A stretch of 64,000 nt of DNA from Eledone cirrhosa (lineage: Eukaryota), in the NCBI GenBank assembly GCA_964016885.1, contig OZ024743.1, positions 295,430,001 through 295,494,000 on the forward strand. The letters are read 5' to 3'. The notes under the pieces were generated by a model. The model searched no databases. It was not told the origin of the DNA and saw only the letters and a program-made list of their open reading frames with translations. A program made the translations under genes and the position numbers. This document shows, piece by piece, positions 28,809 to 39,105 of this stretch (position 1 is its first letter; each line of letters starts with the position of its first letter).

Positions 28809-30572
28809 GTTTCACACCACGCCCTGTAGACCGGCTTATCTTTCATTTCCAGAAATTGGATGCTCGTGAATTTCTTCCTTGCCTATTTTATGCTTGTAGC
28901 TGTTGAAGCGGAAGCAGGGTGGAAATCATTATCCTCAGTCTCGAAATGGATGCGAACGCCATCCACAGAACCACGATTTCCAGGTCAAACTATTAAAACA
29001 TAAAAGCATATATACCATATCTCTTATAAAATAAAGTCAATAAGTAGAATACTTCAAAAAATGCTTCCTCTTTGTCATTTGCAAACTTTCCTGAATTTTT
29101 TTTCATATGTTTTAATGGCATTCCGATTAATTTCTATTATTGTATCATATAATGAATAACGGATTTCAATACAACCCTGTGGATTCTTGTATTGAATTTT
29201 TAATGATGATAGTACTATGTCAGAAATGGGAGCTTATGGGAATTATGGCGGTGATAATAATGGTGTTTGTTTTACGTGTCATAACGCGTTTGATTAAGCG
29301 TTTTGAAGAAACAAAAATATTTATAAAAGCAGAACTTTCACCTGCACATGATACAATTCTTTTTGTCTAAGAATTTTTAGAATGACTGCAAAGTGGAATT
29401 CCTTTGGGTCATGCAAACTACTCATCAACTTCACAGGATGCATGGATTCCACAGTTTTTACATCTCTTTTGCATAATACGGAGCTTTATAAAAGAGATAA
29501 TTGAAGCAACATATGAATTCATTTAAACTGAATTCTGCAATACCGCTTATAATTAAAAATGTCATGTTCATTACTTGATAGTTATTAAGGAGCATCCATT
29601 GAACATTTACTGTCATGTTATTATGTTTTTAAAATATTCTTTTATAGTTAAATTTTAGTAAAATATTTTTGTTTAATTTTGCATTATTATATTATAAACT
29701 GAATTTCAACATTTTAATAATTTTGGTTAAATCATTGGGAGTATTTCTGAAGGCATGTATTCAAAATGGTAACAAAGATATCACCGGTGTACCATAAGCA
29801 ATTTTGGGAGTCAATTAAGCATCGTTGTGAATATTAAATTGTATGTTTAATAGCAATTAAAAAACAAGTTACATGGAATCTACTGTTCTGCGTAATAATC
29901 ATTTCGTAACTTATCTCGTCTAACAACGACATATGTATTTGCTTATATTTGCTAAATGTTTTAGTGTGATAGAAGTTGTAGTTCATTACTGGTATCGCTG
30001 CAATTTGGGAGAAATCGAGACAGGAGAATGATAACAAGGTTTTATCATAATTTATCGAGAATTAATGATCGACCTGATTATTTCTTTGCATAATTTGCTG
30101 CTCATAAGATTTGACTGGTGGCATCATTGGTCAAGGGTCAACGCCCCGCTGCAGTACTTTCTGTTCTCCCAGTTAAATTGCGAAGAAAAATATACCTTTC
30201 CTAAACGATAATTGAATATTCATCAAATTATTGCGTTGTCAGTAAGATATTGAAGAATGCGCATTGAGTTATATTTTAACTGATCGAAATATAAACGAGA
30301 TAATGGCACAATAGATGTTAACATTTCCTAGATATCCTTACATAAAGAAACATAGTTCCCTATTTCTCAATATCTGATTTGTGCTTTGGTCCTAATAAAA
30401 TATAGACACTGGCGGGGATAGTAGAGTGAAAGAGAACTGGGAGAAGATATTTAGTTTCATACTTAAACTTTTACTTAACCAAGTTCGACTGGTCTCAAAC
30501 GGAGATCCAGCTGGAAGCTATCACACTCCTGGGTATAAGTTGACGAATAATAATAATAATAATAATAATAAT

Positions 30573-33500
30573 GATTTATTTATTGGCCACAAGAGCTGAC
30601 ATCAAGAAAAACATCACAGACGGAACAGGACGGTACGATGTGGGTTTTGTGCGTGTAAATTGTAAATATTTTTATTATTTATATAAGAAAAGAAAAAAGA
30701 CATAACACATATAAATATATAAACATTAAAAGGAAAATTGAAACGATGAAAAATTCCCCAATAGGGGGAAACCTCCGAGGGTTACTCGTGGCGAAAACCA
30801 CACAAAAGACCGCGGCCACCCTGACTACCAGGGCAAGCGCCCTCTCTCAATTTTTCCATCTCTCAAACTACAGACGTATATTCAGAGTGGTCCCGTTTAC
30901 TCGGACCATTCTCGCTACATTCACCCACCTTTCAACAAACTTGCTAGAAAGCAGCACTTGCCTCTCAACCCTGATTTTCCTCTTCAAGTGAAACTTGAAA
31001 AAGATAATCGGGGATTCGCCGAAGAGGAAAGTGTTTGTCTTTAATCCTTTTAACCTTGTCCACCACACAATCTCTTTCGCCATAGCCACCAGGCAGATGA
31101 AAACCGCCTGCCCTTCCTCCTCAAAGGAAGACGGCGAGACCATCTGCACAATGGACTCAGTCGACAACCGGATCAGTCCCACACGTGACAGCAAGTGTTC
31201 GACATAGCTCCACAATCAGCAATGCTCGGGCACTGAACGAGTGCGTGCACAACGGTTTCGTCTCTATGCGCGCATCTCGGACAGGCTCGGTTGACGGCAC
31301 TTCCGTGCCTGTAGAACTTATCTCGAACCGGCAGCGCTCCCCGGTAGCACTGCCAGGCCAGGGATTTTTGGAAGTTATCCATAGGCCCCGGGCTGAAAGT
31401 TCTCCGGAAGAGAGCATACAGCTGATCTTCTTCGACGCCCAGGATCTCTCCAAGAATGTCGTCGCTATTCCCCTCCACTAGTCCTCTATAGAACGCCGAG
31501 GTGGATGTTCCACCGATACTGGTGCCCAACTGGGAGAGGGTAGTGAGCGCCTGGAGACATTCCAGTTTCCAAGCGCTATCCCTCGGTCTTTTTCTGACCC
31601 AGGACTGCAGCTCCGTCAAGGAGACGAGCTGTGGGAAAATATGCCTGGCGAACAGCGACCACACCCGTTCACCATCAAGGTAGCACCAGAGATGTCGCAA
31701 CCTCAGCGCAAGTTTGCGCATCATCAGCCATGGCATGCCCAGTCCTCCACGCAACGGGTGTTGACAGCAGATGGAGCGTCTGACCATGGGAGCGCGTCCC
31801 TACCACAAAAATCGGAAGAGGAGGCGCTCCATTTTGGTGAGAGTTGGGCTGGAGCAAGGGACGACGGTGAGGCGGTAGCAGATGACGGATGCGATGTACG
31901 CATCGCCACTTCCACCCGGCCTTTCAGAGACAGCTTCCTCTCAGCCCATTTCTGGGTGAGGGAGGCCACCCTGCTCGTCACCTCGCTCCAGTTTTTCTCC
32001 ATGTGGAGGTCCGGTCCGAACCAGACCCCGAGCAATTTAACCGGTCCGTCCGTCCAACGCCCCACGACGCTGTCGGACGGCATGGACTTGCCTCTCCAGG
32101 TGCCTATCTGCAAGCCCACCGACTTTTCCTGGTTTATCTTTGCTCCTGTCACCGTTTCGTATTCCTTGAGAGCGGTGCCGAGCATCTGGCCGTGTCTGGT
32201 GCTCGACACCACCACGGTGACGTCGTCAGCGTAAGCCGACTCGGATTTCCCGCATCCTAGTTCGCGTGGGACGCCTCTCATCGCCCCCAGTTTGTGCAGT
32301 AACGGCTCGAGAGCCAATACGTACAAGAGGGACGAGAGGGGACAACCCTGGCGGACTGAGCGCATGATGCTGAACGGCTGCGACAGGTGATCGTTCACCC
32401 TCACAACTGAGCAGATGTCGCTGTACATTGCTGCGATCCAATGCCTGAAAACGAGCCCGAAACCGGCTGCCTCGAGGACCGCCGCCAGGTACCGATGGTC
32501 GACCCTATCGAATGCTTTGGATTGATCCAAGTTGATCAGGGCCCCACCCTTGCCAGGTTCCTTAACCACCCTTTCTATGATGTATCGCATGAGGTGGAGG
32601 TTGTCGTGTATGGATCTGACCGGGATGACGCATGTCTGCGCCTCTCCCACCAGACTCTTGATGACAAGCGCCAACCTCGTTGCTAAAACCTTGGCCAAAA
32701 TCTTGAACTCTGCGTTTAGCAGAGTTATGGGCCTGATATTATCAATAACATCCCTCTTTTTCGGGGCTTTTCACAGCAGCGCCACTGCTCCCCGGCTCAC
32801 AAACTGGGAATGCTCCCGTTCTGCTGCCAGTTGCAGTAGACGTCTGCCAAGAGGTCACCGAACAAGTCTGGCATAAATGCATAAAGCTCGTAGGGCAGAC
32901 CATCTAAACCTGGCGATTTACCTCTTGTGCAGTTAGCCATCGCTTCCAGTATTCCACCGGCTGTTATTGGCTTTTCGCAACACTGTGCTGCGGTCGTCGA
33001 GAGCCGAGGCAGTCCGTCGAGGTATGTACTGAAGTCCATGTTCCGATCCGGGCCGCCGCCGCTCCCGAACAGTTCAGCAAAGTGCTGCTGAGAAGCTTCA
33101 CACATCCGCTCGTGTTCGAGCATCACGCACCCGTTTTGGTCAGACAAAGACCAAATTGTGGCTTTATTACCACACGCGCCTCTGCCACCCGGGCCCATTG
33201 GACGGCTTTTGTCCCCTCGTGTTTCAGACACGCGCTCTAGCTCTGACAACGCAGCCTTCGTATTTTGCGTTGAAGAATTGGTCGAGTGCCAATCTCGCCG
33301 CAAGCAAGTCGGTTGCGATGCCTGTCCTAAACGCCTCTTCTAGCTTTCTGACTAGCTCTCCCTCTACTCTATTTTCCTCTATCACTACTCCTTTGTTAAA
33401 CCTAATCGACTCTACTTTAATTGCCCTTTTCAGGGCGAACCACCACTTGTTGTTGACGACCGCCCCCGTCAACGCCCGCTTAACTAATACGCTAATCCAG

Positions 33501-36500
33501 TTTCTGTAGGCCTTGCGCGCCGGGAAAGACGCGTTCAGCTTCCAGTAACCAGGCCCTTGTCTATGAAGTCTGTCTATGTCGATCTCACAGATCACAAATT
33601 TGTGGTCTGTGTAGTCGACTATTTTAAATTGTGGACAACTTATACTAGCCTTATCTAGTTCCCTGCAGAATACCCTATCTAGATACGATCTTGATGACCC
33701 GATACGGTTTGTCCATGTCCACATTGGCACATTCGGGTGATCCAGTCGATACCTGTCAGACAGTTCAAAACGTCTGAGCAGGTTGGTGAGGCTCTTGCAC
33801 CCTCCTCCCCTATCCACTAGCCCTACACGATCCCAGCGTGCATCCAAGATACCAGTCGCCCACTAACACTAAAGAGCGGGACGTTCCAAGAAAGGTCTCT
33901 AGACGTCTGAAGAAATCTGGCCGTCCTGCCCCAGTTGGGGCGTAGACGGGTACTAGCCTGAAAGCATTGCCTTCGATGCCGGTCACGTCCAGCACCACCG
34001 ACTTACCTTCTGGGTGCAGGAAGGTGGCCCGTATGGCGAGATCCAAGCCTCTCCGAAAAAGGACGGCAACCCCTCCCCCCGATCCTGGACGGCTGGGAGA
34101 TGCGTATACATCGTAGCAGCCGAAGTTCGGTGCGAAGGCCCGTGCCTCGGAGATTCTGGTTTCACTGATGGCCACCACATCTATGTTTAGTGACCTGAGG
34201 TCATTGAGCAGGTGACCCTGCTTCCAAGATGACCCCAGGCCACGTGCATTTATACTGCCTATTCTGAGTACAGCGATGTTGGATGAGAAACGGGGCAAAT
34301 AAGAAAGGGTCACTTACCTTGTTCGTGTGGTGAAGGGACAGTAGAACCGTCCCTTTCGCTGGTCATGGGTGTTTCCAAGACGATGTCAGTGTATATCCTC
34401 TTGGTAACCGTCCCTCTGGAGTTTCCAACTGCGTTGGGGAATTTTTGTTTTAAAGGTTTGTATTGTTCTAATGAGATTTCGAAGATGCTTATGTTTGTCG
34501 GGAGGGTTCTTGGTGTTGGCGGGGTGTAGTAATTTTTTTCCGTGATGTCTGTGTGCTGCTTTATATATTTTATGAGTTCTTTTTTTGCTATGTTTATGGC
34601 TGTGTACTTTTTGTGGGGAGGGATGATTTTGCTGCCGTTTTCTTCTTGTTGCTGTTTGGTGTGTGTGTCTTGTTGTGTTTGCGTTGTTGGTGTTTGTGGT
34701 GGTGTTGCTGCAAGTCTCCTTGCTGCCTTTAACCCTCTTTGTATGCCTTCGCTTTTGGAGGGTGAATCTAAGGGTTTCTTTCTTTTTTGTTTTTTATGGC
34801 AGACTGTTTGCCACGTCACTCCCGCCTCAAACACCATGTCGGATTCTGTGGCGACTGGGAGGGGTATGTGCTCCACGGCTGTTGGTGGTGGTAGTGGAGC
34901 CCTCTTCGGCAATGTTGTTGCTGGTGTAGCTATTTCACATGTAGCTATTGGTGTTTCCGCTACTGATGATGCTGCTTTAGTTATCCGTGGCCTTGGTACG
35001 GGTTCTACGGACGTTGCCCTCCTACTCACCGTGGAAGGGGCTTCTTCGTTTGTTGCCTGTCCTGCTCTTGGTAGCAGCGGACCAGGTATTGGAAGGAGAG
35101 GGGCCCTCTTCGGTGTCTTCTGCGGGCAAAGGCCCTGGGGTGACCCTTCGACCCACAGAGATAACATTTTGGCCGTCTTCCTTCTACACTTATAGGGAGT
35201 TGGAGTCCTTCCTCAAAGTCTATGATATCGGGGATAGCCTCGATACATTCCTGGTCAGTTTGTATAAGCATTTGCATGCCTATACCTGACCAGTTCTCTC
35301 TCCCTATTTTTTCTACTTGCAGCATGGTTGCCCTGTTCTCAATTCCAGCAAGGACAGACGCGGCGAGCCAAGGTATGGGCACGTCGGGTGGGACCTGGGT
35401 CACTTTGACCCTCACAATTTTCTGCCCGCAGTAGGAGGGCACCAAGACTAACTCCTCACACTTTAGGGTTTCCAAAGAGTGAGACTTTGCTTCCTGAGGG
35501 GTGGCGAAAAGTACGTCTACTGTGGCGTACTTTCTGCCTCGGGTGATGTGGGTTTTGCGTGCCTAGACGTACCCCAAGGCCTTTTGGATTTGAGCCTCCG
35601 TGGCTCTCTCCACTCGATGTGAGATTTTGCTTACGGTGCGGTAAGTGACCGTCCGTAGCTGCTGGTGCTTGAAAAAATCGGGTGGAGGTTTCAGGGAAAC
35701 TCTATTTGCGCTTCTTGTCACCATGGCCCTTGCGACTGCCATCTCCTCCTTTGTGACTAACAGTGTCTCGATATTTCGGGCGACACCTGCAAAAGAAGTG
35801 GTCCCTTTTTCACCAGCACCACTATTGCTGCAGCTACTGGTCTTACTGGTGGTGCTGTGGTCTCTATTACAGGTATCGGTGTCATTGTTGTTCTTTTCGC
35901 TGGTACAGTTGTTGGTGTTGTTTTCGTTGATACTGTTGCTGCTGTTACTGTTATTGTGGCTGTTGTTATTATTGTTGTTTTTGTTGATACTGTTCCTACT
36001 ATTATTGTTGTTGTGGCTGTTGTTATTGTCATTGTTATTGTCGTTCTCGACCTTACCGCTGTTATTTTTGTTATTGTCGTTCTCGACTTTACCGCTATTT
36101 TTGGTGTTGTTGTTGGTGATGTTGTTGGTGTTATTGTTGGTGTTGTTTGTGTTAGAAATATTTGTTAATTTTAAATCTGTAACAATCTTTTTTTCCTTTG
36201 TAATATTTTCGTTTATATTTACCTCCGCTGGAACGCTGTCTTGTTGACATGCTGATAAAGTCTCCCTCTCTCTGTGTTGTCTGACAGCGCTCTCTCTCTT
36301 TTTTGTGTTATCCATGTTGAAATTATTCAAAAAATATTTTTCCACAAATACGAATACGACACCCCGTAAAGGGGTGCCGTATTATTTACTAGTGAACCCC
36401 TGTATTAGGTGGGTCACTTCTTCTAAACTTTTATCAAATTTAAAACTTGAATAAAAGGTTTAGAACGGTTGAAAAAGAGGTAAAACGTTGAAAAAGACTG

Positions 36501-36530
36501 CAGGCGATAAGAAGCGTGGCTTCAACAACC
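30573..36530 (-). mobile_element. Full-length L1/Tx1-type LINE, copy 1 (frameshifted ORF1 ~36345-34310; ORF2 ~34280-30868)
   Basis: ORF1 has an Asn-rich N-terminus and a CCHC knuckle (CYLCGSKGH). ORF2 has APE (SINARGL, ISET, YLDR, TDH), YWKLN, SPGLDGLPYELY, LDQSKAFDRV, VRQGCPLS, YADD and CPRC..ETVVHALVQC. (AAT)n on both sides. Confidence 0.92.
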
Positions 36531-36551
36531 AATAATAATAATAATAATAAT

Positions 36552-36603
<52 letters not shown>

Positions 36604-36711
36604 TAACATAAATTATCGAGATTCGCATTTCGGCCCACGAAATAACGAAAAACAACCTCCTAGATGTGCGGCAAGTGCTCAATGATTCAGATGCACCATA
36701 GCTATAACAAA

Positions 36712-36795
36712 CGTTTTTTGGCTATGCGAATGATTGTTTAACCATCGTCACACTGAGACGATGGTTAAACAATCATTCGCATAGCCAAAAAAACG
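36712..36795. repeat. Hairpin/palindrome (~38-bp arms, 7-nt loop)
   Basis: CGTTTTTTGGCTATGCGAATGATTGTTTAACCATCGTC-ACACTGA-GACGATGGTTAAACAATCATTCGCATAGCCAAAAAAACG. Confidence 0.9.
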
Positions 36796-36944
36796 ATCAA
36801 GTAAGTCGGGCAATGAAAATTTACCCAGACCCCTGGAAAGTTGGTAAAATCCAGTATATGGGTTTCTGCGGCTCCTAAATCAAGTACCGTCCGCCTACAT
36901 AAATAATGTCAGGCTTCTGGTAAGATGATTGAACAAGGAAGCCA

Positions 36945-36987
<43 letters not shown>

Positions 36988-37394
36988 CTTATATATATAT
37001 ATATAAATCTTTGTATTCATAAATATTCTTTAATAGGCCAAAATTCTCCTGTGTGTTCACTAATGATAGCGAGAGTACCCAGGGTCGTCAGTGAGGACAA
37101 AGGGGAAAATCCAGAGTAACAAAGAAACATGACCCAATCTTGAACTTCAGAACTCATTTTCAGCTGAAGTGATATTAATATTTTAACAATAAGTACATAT
37201 TAGTAAGAGGGTAACAGGAAGATACCTAGATTGAAAAAAGATGCAAAATAAACAGGATGGTACGCAACTCTTAGAGAAAGTAAGGTTGTAAGGCTCTCTC
37301 TCTTTCTCTATCTCTGTGTCTCTCTATCTATCTATCTCTCTCTTTATTTGTATCTCTCTTTCTCTCTGTATATATATATAAATGTATGTGTATA

Positions 37395-37462
<68 letters not shown>

Positions 37463-37467
<5 letters not shown>

Positions 37468-38836
37468 GCAAACAAAATTTGCTTTCAGTCATCAGAATGA
37501 AAAAATCCTGGACTTTTAAAAATGTTCGTTAGGTTTATGATAAGGTTTAAAAGAGGCAGTAAGTAGATCAAGATTAATGTCAAGAAAGTTAGCATTGGTA
37601 AGGTTCGTATCTATAGTAATTTTAAGGTTTAGGTTAGCAAAAGTATTGATTACATCTTTACGGAATTTATCAAGGTTATGGCCGTTGGTGGTATGAGAAA
37701 CTGCCAATCCGTCGTCACGGTATAAACCGATATTATGGGAAGGAAATTTCTCGTTAAGGGTGTGTAGAAGGAATAATCCTACTAAGTCACACACATCCGC
37801 ACTGTCATATGAACCCATTGCAACATCAAAAGAGTTTTCAGGGCTTGACTTTTTAACCCAAATACTTTCATTAGTAACGAGTAGAGTTTTCCTAGCATGA
37901 AAGATAATGTCTTCTTCTAATTTAGAAATATTAATGAAGGGTCTTGCAAAATCTAAGGCTTTAGTTAATAAGGAAACAGTAATAGAGGGGTAAAAGTCAA
38001 CAATATCAAATTGGGTAAATCTACACTTATTTTTACCTTGTATATTATTAAACCAAGAAATAACAGAGGATGTATTTAACCAGTGTGATAAGTCAGTCTT
38101 AGTTCTAATTTGGAGAATTATTTTTCTTAAGATTTTTTTACTTGCAAGGCCAACTTCGGATTTAGCCGGGTTAATCAGTCTACAGCTAGGTCGATTAATA
38201 AAGTCTAATTTATGGTCTTTAAGGGTAATATGTATTCTTTACGTTTTGCTAGGCTTTGAATCCGGTTGTCTATTTTTAAAGAACAAGCTAGTTCTTTAGC
38301 TTCTTTATTAATAGCATTGTAGGTGTTATTGTTAGCTAATTGATATTTGTTGGTGATACTATTAGTTAAAAGTTGGTTATACAAAATACTATTAACTTCA
38401 AATAGATTTTTGTTTTATCGGAAAGAACAAAAGTGTTTGTAGAATTTTTAAAATTAGAAATATCGTTAGAAAGTTTAGTATGAAAGTTATTGCTGTACTT
38501 ACGAAATTTGATATCACTAATTAAATTAACAAGGTCTAATTCGAAGTTGGCCATGTCTTTAATTCTAGGTGGGTATTTACGGGATTTTATGTCAAAACAA
38601 TCATTTGTATCAGCACTGAATAGTCCATCGTAACCCATTGCCTTCCATCTCATTCTTTTAACGACTTGTTTGTCCAGGATTTTTTCATTCTGATGACTGA
38701 AAGCAAATTTTGTTTGCTTTCAAGAAACCACTGGTAAATGAAATAATTATCTTATGTTGTTTATTACATAACTAATAAGCTCTGTAACCTACATTGAGCA
38801 CTCTTATTTCCTGGACCTTTCCGACGGAATTACTTC

Positions 38837-38840
<4 letters not shown>
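37463..38840 (-). mobile_element. Penelope-like element 4: RT fragment (37516-38653) flanked by inverted HHR-containing repeats
   Basis: MRWKA, SDKT, MGSYDSADVCDLVG, GLYRDDGL and NFLDI motifs (tentatively Nematis-like). 37463-37513 is the reverse complement of 38672-38722. (TA)n on both sides. Confidence 0.85.
38683..38743 (+). ncRNA. Type I hammerhead ribozyme
   Basis: TTTCATT-CTGATGA-CTGAAAGCAAA TTTTG TTTGCTTTCAA-GAAA-CCACTGG-TA-AATGAAA: 7-bp stem I, 10-bp stem II, intact core. Confidence 0.88.
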
Positions 38841-38898
<58 letters not shown>

Positions 38899-39105
38899 AT
38901 ACTTGGGTAGGGTCATATTATTGTAATAATATTGCCAGAAATAATAACAGAACACACTCACTGTTTGGTTGGTTATCGCTGTTGATTCTTTTATATCTCC
39001 ATAGTTAATTTATTTACCAATCAATGTTTATCATTGACTGGCCAACGGTTAAAAATACAGATATAAATATATATATATATATAGTCTATCAAAGTTCTTT
39101 CGTTT

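Noticed and set aside
34542-36247. Hydrophobic plus-strand ORFs resembling membrane proteins (also 42343-42855)
   Set aside because: Antisense of Asn/Thr/Pro-rich LINE ORF1 codons.
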